Assembly: GCA_963784355.1 (NCBI GenBank)
Contig: CAWAQU010000003.1
Coordinates: 1 to 64,000 of the forward strand
Length of the DNA stretch: 64,000 nucleotides
Reading direction: 5' to 3'
DNA from: an uncultured bacterium
Lineage (GTDB): Bacteria > Patescibacteriota > JACMRA01
Numbering within the stretch: position 1 is the stretch's first letter; the number at the start of each line of letters is the position of its first letter. Of the stretch, positions 11,384-20,717 are shown piece by piece. The position numbers and the translations under genes were made by a program. The notes beneath the pieces are model-generated. The model saw only the letters and a program-made list of their open reading frames with translations, was not told the origin of the DNA and made no database searches.

Positions 11384-12682
11384 CTAGCCTTCACACCCTA
11401 TCCCATCTTTATTATTTCCATCTAACCTATAGGGATCGGGAGGTAAAACTTTAATATTCTTCTTAGGTACATCTTTACAATCAAGATCAGGGCCACTTGC
11501 CGGTAAACAAACATCAGGGTATGACGGATTACAGTTTGAACTTGTGTCTACAGCAGGAATAGTTGCTGGTTTAGGAGCAACTGGCTGTGATGATCTCGGT
11601 GCTACTGACTTGGCAGGTGTTGAGGTAGGAGCCTTATTATTCACTGAAGCTTTATCTGCTGCTTTAGTGGTATCACCATTACAAGTACTCTCACCCCAAA
11701 AACCTCTATTATTTTCTCTAGCTTCTTTTTGAGCTTGGTTGAATTCATCTAATTTAGGGTGCGGAAATTTGGTATAGGAATGGGCAAAGCCGTCTTTTAC
11801 CATCTCTTTGTTATAGAAATAGCCGTCTTCTCTATAGGCGTAAGCTAAAGTTCTATTATATTTATCAATTCTATTAGCTGGATCAAATTCAAGATATATT
11901 TTTTTACCTGACAGCAGTTCTTTAGCTCTATTACTTGCTTCCTTACCAAAACATTGGACTGGTTTACGGGGGTCTTTAGTTTCAGGAGTATCCATACCAA
12001 TTAGGCGTAGTGTGCCTAATTCACTGACTTTAATTGTATCACCATCCACAACATTAATTACATCGAAAAGTTTTTGATTTTGAGTATTGAGGCCTAATTT
12101 AGCTATTGATTTATTAGCTGATACAGCCTCCTCGGCTTTTTGCTCTTCAAGATTACTTTCTACATCATAATTAGTATTGATTTTAGTAGCTTGAGCTAAT
12201 TTATCTTCAAGGTCTTTCTTTTCCTGTTCAACTTTTTTTAATTTTTCGGTTTGTTCCTTAGCTAGCTTGTCCGCTTCTTCCCTGTTTTTTTTCTCTTCCT
12301 CCAATTTCCTTTTAGATTCAGAATCTTCAACTTTTACTTCTTTAACTACTTCCTGTTTAGGTGTAGTTGATGGCTGCGCAGGTGAAGCAAATGACACTAA
12401 TGTAAAAAAGAATAGAGAAGTTATGAATCCCCACCCAAATGATACTAAAGTGTTAGAAATCTTTGCTATTTTTGGTGATAACTTTGATTTATCAATAATT
12501 TTATCAAGTTGCTGATGTATGTATTTACTTCTAGTAAAATAGATTGTAGTTAAAATAACCCCGAAAATTAAAAATGTGGTGCTACTTGTGAAGAATAGTA
12601 AAAATAAAAATATTAAACTAAAAAATGCAAATTTATCTTTATTATATAATGTTTTAATGTAGCTAAGAATCTTATTTTGCAT
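11384..12682 (-). CDS. Membrane-anchored thermonuclease (SNase) with C-terminal Excalibur-like Ca-binding domain
   Basis: VVDGDTI, RLIGMDTPE, DKYNRTLAY, A...NRGFW; C-terminal DLDC...YRLDGNNKDGIGCE. Confidence 0.9.
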   Translation of the reverse strand: MQNKILSYIKTLYNKDKFAFFSLIFLFLLFFTSSTTFLIFGVILTTIYFTRSKYIHQQLDKIIDKSKLSPKIAKISNTLVSFGWGFITSLFFFTLVSFASPAQPSTTPKQEVVKEVKVEDSESKRKLEEEKKNREEADKLAKEQTEKLKKVEQEKKDLEDKLAQATKINTNYDVESNLEEQKAEEAVSANKSIAKLGLNTQNQKLFDVINVVDGDTIKVSELGTLRLIGMDTPETKDPRKPVQCFGKEASNRAKELLSGKKIYLEFDPANRIDKYNRTLAYAYREDGYFYNKEMVKDGFAHSYTKFPHPKLDEFNQAQKEARENNRGFWGESTCNGDTTKAADKASVNNKAPTSTPAKSVAPRSSQPVAPKPATIPAVDTSSNCNPSYPDVCLPASGPDLDCKDVPKKNIKVLPPDPYRLDGNNKDGIGCEG

Positions 12683-12795
12683 AGAAATTTGAATTAAACA
12701 AATGAGCTTGATTATAGCATATTTGTCAATTTAAAGGTGTTTCGTTGGTTAGGCTAGCATGTTAAAAGTGGACTCTATACAACCTTTTTTAACGT

Positions 12796-13512
12796 TTATA
12801 AATTTGATGACAGTTCTTTTGTTACTTTTTCAAGATATTTTTCTATACCGTTTAAATAATTTTGAATCAATTTCTCATCAATTACCAAATCTGCATAATG
12901 TTTTAAATGGAATTCAAATGAAATTTTAAAATTCGACTTTTCATTATATATATTATTCTTGCCCATTTCGGTATTGATGTTAGATTCATAGCCTCCAATA
13001 ACCTCATTACGAGATATTTTTAAAGAGTATTCAGTTCGATTAGCATTATCTACAAACTCATGTATAGCACGCTCAACAGATTCAATTGTTAAATGCTTAT
13101 CATCTGATTCTAGTTCTATATCAAAGTCTAGATTCCAAGGTTGAAATTTTGTATATTCTTTTAATTTAGTAAAAGTAGTAATTATTTCGTTAGTACATGT
13201 TTCATTTAGATAATCAAGTTTTAAATCACCTTCTTTATCTTCAAAATTTTGTATTTCAAATTTAAATTTTGTATTACAAAAATTTATGGATTTTGTTTCG
13301 GCTTTATTAGTTAATTGAAATATACGAAAATCTATACCAGATATTGGCTGATCTTTTCTTAAATTTAAGTCCTGTACTACTTTACATGTTCCGTTGAATA
13401 TATCAGCTAATTCCTTATGAATTGATTCTGCTATAGTTTTTCTGTCATTTAATATTGGGCTATCATTTGTGATAACAGCAAAATTTGCAGCAATATATTT
13501 TAATTTAAACAT
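12796..13512 (-). CDS. Hypothetical protein
   Basis: 238-aa ORF. Confidence 0.65.
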   Translation of the reverse strand: MFKLKYIAANFAVITNDSPILNDRKTIAESIHKELADIFNGTCKVVQDLNLRKDQPISGIDFRIFQLTNKAETKSINFCNTKFKFEIQNFEDKEGDLKLDYLNETCTNEIITTFTKLKEYTKFQPWNLDFDIELESDDKHLTIESVERAIHEFVDNANRTEYSLKISRNEVIGGYESNINTEMGKNNIYNEKSNFKISFEFHLKHYADLVIDEKLIQNYLNGIEKYLEKVTKELSSNL

Positions 13513-13680
13513 AATTTGGAATTAATATAAGAATGGTAGTTCTTTTAAAAATATAAGTCAATTTTAATTATTATCAAGTTTTTTCGTTTTTTATATATTG
13601 CTAGTTTGTACAGTCAAACCACCCCTACCCCAGCATTGTTTCCTTTTTTTTGAAACTGCTCCTTCCATCTTGTTTCATTA

Positions 13681-13707
13681 GCTTCTCCCTAAAGGGGAAG
13701 TTTTTGT
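13681..13707 (+). repeat. 27-bp inverted repeat, left copy (partner 19762..19788)
   Basis: GCTTCTCCCTAAAGGGGAAGTTTTTGT is the exact reverse complement of 19762..19788. Confidence 0.9.
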
Positions 13708-13922
13708 TTTATATATTATATAATTATAAGTGAATTTTATTCCTATGTAACATTTATGCCTTTTGTGTAGCTGAGGCCTATATTTTAAATAAACCTGAAG
13801 CTGCACATTTTAACCAAATGTGTATTAGGATTTAAGCATTTTGTTTTTATTTAGGCCCTTTATTGTCATTTAATTTGTCCAAGTCCTGTTTCTAATTATC
13901 AACTTGAATAAATAATAACAAG

Positions 13923-13954
13923 ATTATAGTTTAAACTATAATAGTCTGGACTAT
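13923..13954. promoter_or_regulatory. Perfect 20-bp palindrome plus overlapping second dyad
   Basis: ATTATAGTTTAAACTATAAT followed by ATAGTC-TG-GACTAT. Confidence 0.6.
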
Positions 13955-14235
13955 AACTTAAAAATTAGTAAATAGCGTTATTAAAATTTAGAACGGGAAG
14001 GCCCTGGAAAATATCCCTTTTTCTCACTATTTTAGGTCATTAGTATTTTCATACTATCCTAAATCATCCCCCTACCCTAGTGTTTGTCTACAATATAAGC
14101 TATTTTCATAATGACTTAAAATAGTTATATTACGTCTTGACAATAAATTTGGAAGTATTTATCATGAGATTATATTAACCTTAAGGCTCTGAGATAAAAA
14201 TCGGAAATTTTATCCCTTAAGAAACTTATATATAC

Positions 14236-14676
14236 ATGACTGATTTTGTAAAAAACTTTGTGGGCTGGTTTAAATTAAAACCAAAATTAGATTCTCAAAA
14301 CCACCTACCTCCACTATTTAACGAAGGAGAAATTTGGTGGTGTAAACTTGGAGAAAATGTAGGGGGCGAGATTAGCGGTAAAGGAGAAGAATTTGCCAGA
14401 CCTGCTATCGTTCATACTAAACTATCTAAGTACATGCTTTTAGTAGTACCTCTAACAACTCGGCTATACCATGAAAATGGTACGCCTAAAGCTGGAAACC
14501 GCTTTATTAAATTTACTAGAAATAAAATTGATATGTTAGCCTGTTTGAATCAAGTAAAAGTAATTGATTATCGCAGACTTAAAAACAAACTCGGAGATTT
14601 AGCAGAAAATGATTTTAACCGTGTTTGCAAAGGATTTAAACTATTGTATGCAAACAAAAACTCAGGCAATAAATAA
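14236..14676 (+). CDS. PemK/MazF-family endoribonuclease toxin
   Basis: GEIWW..LGENVGGE..GK...RP.IV, VVPLTT, Q...D..RL. Confidence 0.85.
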   Translation: MTDFVKNFVGWFKLKPKLDSQNHLPPLFNEGEIWWCKLGENVGGEISGKGEEFARPAIVHTKLSKYMLLVVPLTTRLYHENGTPKAGNRFIKFTRNKIDMLACLNQVKVIDYRRLKNKLGDLAENDFNRVCKGFKLLYANKNSGNK

Positions 14677-14847
14677 GCCCTCTCTTGCGAGAGGGGCGTG
14701 GGAGAATCCCCAAATATGTATATATTTTAGAAGAAAATTAGATTTTTGTCAAGATAGAGTTTATTTGACAGTGAAATTTAAAAATAGAAATCCTTAGCGT
14801 TGTTTTTTTCCCAATTTCAACTCAGACCCCTAAATTAACGATCTAAT

Positions 14848-15450
14848 ATGCCCCAACCAACTATTGAAACCATTAAATACTTAACTACTGAAGAAGTAGA
14901 AAAAGTATTAAGTAAAATAGATGACGTGAGAAATAAAGCCATGTTCACCCTAATGTATTATTTAGGACTTCGCTGCATTGAACTAGTTAACCTTAAAATA
15001 GATGATATTAGATTAGAAGATAATAGGATATTTATTAGAGCAGCAAAGAATGGAGTAAGTGGAGAATATATTTTAAGTAAAGAATGTAAGAAATATATTA
15101 AAGACTACCTACCCTACCGTGACGCTAAAATTAAAAAGATGAGGCTTGATACCAGCGTACTATTTATTTCTAATAAAGGAGGTAAACTAATGACAAGACA
15201 AATAGGTAAATTGTTTGTACAATACTGTAAAAAAGCTAGAATTAAAGACCTCACAAAACACCATCCACACGTACTTAGACACTCTATCGCTGTACACATG
15301 GCTGATTCAGGTACTCCGGTAGAAGTAGTACAAATCCACCTGAGGCATCGTGTAATTCAAAATACGATGATTTACTTTCAAATAACTAATAAACGAAGAC
15401 ATGAATTACAGGAAAAAGCTTTAGGCGGAGCTTTTGTGGCTAGGATTTAG
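14848..15450 (+). CDS. Tyrosine recombinase, catalytic domain only (FimB/resolvase-like)
   Basis: GLR..E, K, HVLRH, HLRH, T..Y; 200 aa. Confidence 0.92.
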   Translation: MPQPTIETIKYLTTEEVEKVLSKIDDVRNKAMFTLMYYLGLRCIELVNLKIDDIRLEDNRIFIRAAKNGVSGEYILSKECKKYIKDYLPYRDAKIKKMRLDTSVLFISNKGGKLMTRQIGKLFVQYCKKARIKDLTKHHPHVLRHSIAVHMADSGTPVEVVQIHLRHRVIQNTMIYFQITNKRRHELQEKALGGAFVARI

Positions 15451-15591
15451 GCAACAATATACCGCATATATTATGCGGCTTAAAAATTTATAAAGGACAC
15501 CCCCAGCTTCCCTGAAGTTGATGCCTTCATCCAGTAACATAGCGTAATTTAGAGCTTTTGTCAAAGCTTGAAAGTGAGATATAATCATCAG

Positions 15592-15969
15592 AAATATTAT
15601 ACGAAGTCAATAAGAAAACTTAATAAACCCCCTCAAAATCTGCCCCTAAAGACGAAATAATTTGTTTTTATTAATTAGTTTAAGCAATAGCGTTAGGGAA
15701 AGAACAGATGTAAAAATGGGAGGTCATAATTGTCTATCTATACCAGTTTTATCTAGGAAACTTTAGTTTGCCATCAAAGATTTATCCTACTTTAATACCT
15801 AAACCAGAATTATTAATATTTGAGTAACTAAAGCTTAACCATTAATTATCCAATTAAATACTAAAATATTATACGAAGTCAATAGGAAAACATTGACAAA
15901 TTACTCAAGTATTGCTTATGTAATACATATGTAGAGGTTAATTATTGCTTATTTAATTACTTCGTATAA
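15592..15969. repeat. Xer/lox-like half-site cluster
   Basis: AAATATTATACGAAGTCAATA(A/G)GAAAAC at 15592 and 15864 (direct); ACTTCGTATAA at 15959 (inverted). Confidence 0.75.
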
Positions 15970-15993
15970 ACAATTTATATACTTTGCTTATTT

Positions 15994-16527
15994 ATGGATA
16001 CAGTTCTAGCAATTGATGTTGAATCAAATAAATATTATACTAAATATCAGGTCGCTTCTGCCTTAGAAATACCTGTGAGTACTTTTCAGAACTGGCTAAA
16101 TGAGCATAAAGCTAAGGATGAGGAGATTAAAATCGGGTAAAGCGGGAAAAAGAGTTATTTAATAGATTATATTAAAGATTTGCTTGATAAAGTTAATCGA
16201 AGCGAGCTTAAGCAAAAACTCAGTTTACTTAATCAGCAATTAAGCAATACTCAACCAGAGCTTAATCGTACTTTTCATGATATATCTCCAGTTCTTCAAG
16301 CAAAAGATGAAACTATTCAATTATTAGTAGGGCAGCTTAATGAAAAGGATGACCAAATCAGAAGGTTAAATGATGTTTTAGAGAAGAATCAAGCATTTCA
16401 TTATCAAGATAAACAAGAGTTAAAAAGCCTTAGAGAAGAAAAACAACAGTTACTTTTAATGCAAGAACAGATAAAAGAAGAGAAAAGTAAGGGTAGGGGA
16501 ATGTTTGGTTGGTTGTTTAAGTCGTAA
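15994..16527 (+). pseudogene. HTH + coiled-coil + C-terminal amphipathic helix protein (DUF536/RocS/KfrA-like) with in-frame TAA at 16138
   Basis: MDTV...YQVASALEIPVSTFQNW (HTH) in the same frame as the 16180 ORF, which ends GRGMFGWLFKS. Confidence 0.7.
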
Positions 16528-16606
16528 GCGGCCTTTTATAAATGCAGCTTTACCCTAAATTCTTATCTAACATTTGTCCTACCCTATTAATTTGAATCTA
16601 TCTACT

Positions 16607-17002
16607 TTAATTTTTTGGCCGTTTTATTCGTTTTCTTATACTTACCATTTCTTCTATTTTTTTATACCCAATTTCATCTCTTTTTTCTAAAATTATCTTA
16701 TCTAAAGCCTTACGTGCCAATTCTGTAACAGGAGTACCTTCAATACTACTGATAGCTTGTAGAATTTCATATTGATCGTCATAAATAGGTACATTATGCC
16801 TACGTTTATAAGCTGGTACTAAGTTTTCATCACTTACTGAATCAGTTGGTTTAATTGTATCAACATAAAAATTATTTTCATCTTCTAGTTCCTCGACTCC
16901 ATCAATTAAATTTAAGGACTTCTGAGTCTCTGCTAATTTTTTCATAGTTTCAGAATCAGCTAATCGTGATTTTTTTTCTAAAGGCATAATTTTATAATTC
17001 AA
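16607..17002 (-). CDS. Putative type Ib centromere-binding protein (RHH-like)
   Basis: Directly downstream of parA; HNVPIYDDQYEIL...PVTELARKAL ribbon-helix-helix pattern. Confidence 0.6.
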   Translation of the reverse strand: MNYKIMPLEKKSRLADSETMKKLAETQKSLNLIDGVEELEDENNFYVDTIKPTDSVSDENLVPAYKRRHNVPIYDDQYEILQAISSIEGTPVTELARKALDKIILEKRDEIGYKKIEEMVSIRKRIKRPKN

Positions 17003-17038
17003 TATTAAACATTGGTACTATGTGTTATTAACACTGTG

Positions 17039-17782
17039 TTATTTACTTATTTTTTTGTAAAATTCTTTCACAAAAGATTTATAGTCAGCTGCTCCATTAG
17101 ATTTCGGGCTATAGCTCATAACATCTTTACCTTCTGTTTGGGCTTCAGCAATAGAGATATTTTGCCTAATTATCGTTTCAAATAATAAACTTCCTAAAGT
17201 TTGTTGTAATTGCTCTTTAGATTCAACATGTATATTGATATTTGAAAAGTATCGAGTAATTAGTACTCCTAAAAATCTCAAATCAGGATTTGCCTTGTTT
17301 TGTACTTCTGCAATTTTTGCTTGTACCTCAACTAATCCACTTAAAGCAAATATTGAAGGTTCTAGGGGGCAAATAGCATAATCTGATGCAATAAGAGCTG
17401 AAAGTGTAAGATAGCCTAGAGATGGAGGACAATCTATGTTTATTTCATCATAATTTGCACTTATCTTATCCAAACTTTTTTTGAATTTAAAAAAATCTTT
17501 TTCGCCGCTTGCAGCAATTGCTTCTAAAGCTTTACTGCCTAACACAAGGTCTAAATTAGGTACTTTTGTTGGTACAACTGAGAAACCTCTGCCAGCATTC
17601 AGCTCTTTAGCTATATCTCCAGTGTTTTGGAAACCCATTCCTAGTGTAAGGTTATGCTGCGGATCGAGATCAACTAATAAAACTCTTTTACCATGCTCAA
17701 TTGCTTCAATTGCAGATGTGTTCATTGCTGTGGTAGTCTTTCCTACACCACCTTTTTTATTTAAAAAAGCTTTTATAGACAT
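17039..17782 (-). CDS. parA: ParA/Soj partition ATPase
   Basis: KGGVGKTT, VDLDPQ, IDCPPSLG; no N-terminal HTH (type Ib); likely ATG at 17782. Confidence 0.95.
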   Translation of the reverse strand: MSIKAFLNKKGGVGKTTTAMNTSAIEAIEHGKRVLLVDLDPQHNLTLGMGFQNTGDIAKELNAGRGFSVVPTKVPNLDLVLGSKALEAIAASGEKDFFKFKKSLDKISANYDEINIDCPPSLGYLTLSALIASDYAICPLEPSIFALSGLVEVQAKIAEVQNKANPDLRFLGVLITRYFSNINIHVESKEQLQQTLGSLLFETIIRQNISIAEAQTEGKDVMSYSPKSNGAADYKSFVKEFYKKISK

Positions 17783-17942
17783 ATTAAAATAATGAATATA
17801 CATTAATGTGTTATTCACACTGTGTCAAGTGTTATGTGTTATGTGTTAATAACACAGTATAACAGATTCCAAGTTAGATAAAGCTGGTGTTATTAAAACA
17901 CAAACTTTACAATATCTTCAATATTGGTCTATTTAGATTTAT

Positions 17943-18206
17943 ATGACTGATGCAAAAAATTATATTACCTATAAATCTTTGAATTCGTTTGCACAATCAG
18001 TTAATGGAAAGAGAGAGGTTTGGCGTGAGCTTTTTAAAAATCCTGAGTTTGGTAAATATTTTATAGTTGAAAAGAGAGGTGAGAAGCAAGGCATAAAAAT
18101 ATCCACAAATTTAACAGAAATAGAAATCAAAAAATTATTTTTGAAATATAAAAAATTTGTTTCTAAAAGAAGGTTTTTAAAAGAAGGAGAAATAGCAGAA
18201 ATTTAA
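17943..18206 (+). CDS. Small basic hypothetical protein
   Basis: 87-aa ORF between parA and rep. Confidence 0.6.
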   Translation: MTDAKNYITYKSLNSFAQSVNGKREVWRELFKNPEFGKYFIVEKRGEKQGIKISTNLTEIEIKKLFLKYKKFVSKRRFLKEGEIAEI

Positions 18207-18419
18207 ACCCTTATAAGTATTCAAAGTATAGACCCTTGTATTTAAAGGCTTAAAAGGTCAAACATCACACAGTGTTAATCACACAGTGTTATGTGTTATG
18301 TGTTATAATCTTGACCGAACATAAATTTTAGTTTAAAGAAAAGGTACCTAGAAATTTAGGTAAAAAAATTTATTATAAAAAAAATTCCCCGTTAGCGCGA
18401 GGAATATAAATGATGGTTT

Positions 18420-19667
18420 ATGGGAAACCTTACTATTGATGTTGCCAAAAATAATCAAAATTGTCAAGTATCAGATAAAAAAATACTAATAAGCTTTAAC
18501 CTTACGTTGGACTTACTAAGTTCAAATTGCAGAAGTAAACTCGAAGCACATAGGGAGCTTGTACTTAATCATTCGGTTAATAGAAAACCGATAGAAACAT
18601 TTTATAGATTTTCTAAGTTTACAAGATCTGCAAACACCATAGTTTTGACACGAGGGCAGTTTTTTACAACTTTAAGGGAATTATCCATAAAATGGGAGTG
18701 TACACCTAAAGCAGCTCGCTATCAACTTGCTAAATGGGAGAAAATTAATCTAATCAAAACAAGGAATATTAAGGACGGTAAAAACTTTGATTTAGGCATA
18801 GTAATAACGTATAACCCAGCAGTAAGTTTACCCAAAATTAGGGGCAACCGAGAAATGCCCAATTCAAGCCCCTCAAAGACACCAAAAAAGAGGGTAGGGG
18901 CAACCATAAGTATATTTACTTTAAAAACAACTAATAATAAAAAGTTTGAACAAAGTAATGTTGTTTTTTCTTTTTTAAATGATTCTAAAATCCCCCCGCA
19001 AGCCATAACAAAACTTTTAAAACTAGGATTCGGCAAGTATGAGATAGAGAAACTGTATAAAACATATTCATTTGAAGATATCTTGGATTACATCCAGCTA
19101 ACTAAATTATCCAAAATAGAAACCCCTAAAGCTTTCCTTAGAGCCGCTCTTAAAAATAAATATGATTTGAAAAAAGTATATGATTTTAAAGCGGAAATTG
19201 CCTATGCAATTAAAGATAAAAAGCTAAGTAAAAAAATCAAAGAACAGGATATAAAAGAAGTTGAAGTGCAGAAGTTAAATGAAGAAAAAGCTAAGAAAAA
19301 AGACGAGGCTAAAGTGTGGCTGGTAAACAATCCAAACAAAGCTAAAAAGTTCAAAGCAGAAGTGATTCAGAAGCTATATGAAAAATATAGCGTGCTGTTT
19401 AAACAGTACCAAAAAGGTGGCACACTAATCGAAAAAATTATAACTGGAATGGTCGTAGACTTAGTGCTAAGTGAAGTGGTAAATCTAAAAAGTGTTGAAT
19501 TGCAAAGTGGTGAATTAGAACAAAAAGAACAAATCCAAAACGAAGCAAAAAATCTAGATTATATTCAGCGTCAGCAACCACTTCATGGGCCAATTCGTGG
19601 GGGAAGCTGCAAGCTAGTGAATGTAAATGATACGGTACCCCACGAATTGGCCCATCCACTTCAATGA
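18420..19667 (+). CDS. Putative replication initiator (N-terminal wHTH)
   Basis: L.RGQF.T.LREL...W......RYQL..W...LI pattern typical of phage/plasmid initiators; adjacent to par locus. Confidence 0.6.
   Translation: MGNLTIDVAKNNQNCQVSDKKILISFNLTLDLLSSNCRSKLEAHRELVLNHSVNRKPIETFYRFSKFTRSANTIVLTRGQFFTTLRELSIKWECTPKAARYQLAKWEKINLIKTRNIKDGKNFDLGIVITYNPAVSLPKIRGNREMPNSSPSKTPKKRVGATISIFTLKTTNNKKFEQSNVVFSFLNDSKIPPQAITKLLKLGFGKYEIEKLYKTYSFEDILDYIQLTKLSKIETPKAFLRAALKNKYDLKKVYDFKAEIAYAIKDKKLSKKIKEQDIKEVEVQKLNEEKAKKKDEAKVWLVNNPNKAKKFKAEVIQKLYEKYSVLFKQYQKGGTLIEKIITGMVVDLVLSEVVNLKSVELQSGELEQKEQIQNEAKNLDYIQRQQPLHGPIRGGSCKLVNVNDTVPHELAHPLQ
19585..19655. mobile_element. 71-bp MITE-like element
   Basis: 18-bp perfect TIR ATGGGCCAATTCGTGGGG; 7-bp TSD CCACTTC at 19578 and 19656. 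Confidence 0.85.
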
Positions 19668-19761
19668 CAACTTCAAATTAGCCAAATATTATTTGGGTAA
19701 TATTTGGTAAAAAAATCAATAATGGGATTACTAAGCTAAACTAAATAATGGTTTTAACAAG

Positions 19762-19788
19762 ACAAAAACTTCCCCTTTAGGGAGAAGC
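19762..19788 (-). repeat. 27-bp inverted repeat, right copy; terminator-like hairpin plus T-run
   Basis: Exact reverse complement of 13681..13707. Confidence 0.9.
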
Positions 19789-19894
19789 CAATGGAATTAA
19801 CAATCAGGAGCAATAAATGAATAAAGCTACACTGATTGTTGTGGAAAGTAAGAAACCTTTGCAAGTCTCCTACTGTAAATTAATTTAGGAAAAA

Positions 19895-20569
19895 CTAATC
19901 ATTTGAGGATTCAGAAGAATCATTCATTGCATCTAATTTTTTTAGAATTAGGTCAATTTTTTTGAGTTGGTCGTCAGCTGGAATAATATCTTCCAACTCT
20001 TGTTTTAATCTTGTAACTTCAGCTTGCAGCTCGGCATTTGAATTTTTTAACTCAGTATTTTCATTTTCAAGAAACTGTTTTTCCTCCTGAAGTGGAATTA
20101 AATAACGTTCCAGTAAGCTAATCACTGGTGGTGCAAATGCGGCAAATTTATCAAATACCTCATTTTTAATTTCTGAAAATTCTACGCTAGGATTAACGTT
20201 AGAATAGGAACTACGTGGTGCTTGGGAATTAATATTTCCTGGCAATCCTGTAGCTGGATCTATTTGTTTTGCTAATTCATTGTCAATTAGTATGGCTAGA
20301 TGCCTTAATAATCCGTTGGATTTACCTTGAGGCTCTTCTTCTAAACCCCACGCGTAAAAAATTGAATTTCCCCGATTTTCATAACGGCCATTACCATAAT
20401 AAAGATAATTATCTCCATTATAGTATTTATCTACAACAAATTTAACCGAGCGAGTTCTCAAAAGGTCAACAAGTATGTGACCAAATTTTTCGTAATCTTT
20501 CGGAAATTTTTTTTGTAGAATATCCAAGTTATCTAAGATCTTCTCACAAATATATCCTGCTAATCCCAT
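19895..20569 (-). CDS. Hypothetical protein with C-terminal coiled coil
   Basis: 224-aa ORF. Confidence 0.65.
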   Translation of the reverse strand: MGLAGYICEKILDNLDILQKKFPKDYEKFGHILVDLLRTRSVKFVVDKYYNGDNYLYYGNGRYENRGNSIFYAWGLEEEPQGKSNGLLRHLAILIDNELAKQIDPATGLPGNINSQAPRSSYSNVNPSVEFSEIKNEVFDKFAAFAPPVISLLERYLIPLQEEKQFLENENTELKNSNAELQAEVTRLKQELEDIIPADDQLKKIDLILKKLDAMNDSSESSND

Positions 20570-20717
20570 GATATCCTCTCTTTTTTCCTAAACTGTAAAA
20601 TCGTGCTTTAAAGGAATTGATCCTTAACTAGACACTACCTTACTATTGCATAATTTTTAGGTTATGACAAATTTTTGTATTTACCAACATTAATTACCAT
20701 AAATTTCAAATTTTAGA

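Larger units (their letters stand above)
17015..18306. repeat. parS-like TGTGTTA heptad arrays
   Basis: Clusters at ~17020-17042, ~17807-17858 and ~18266-18306 in direct and inverted orientation. Confidence 0.7.

Noticed and set aside
15592-15969. Complete loxP or dif site
   Set aside because: Only half-sites match; no well-matched partner arm at 6-8 bp spacing.
17015-18306. CRISPR array or iterons
   Set aside because: 7-bp units without unique spacers; no cas genes in the window.
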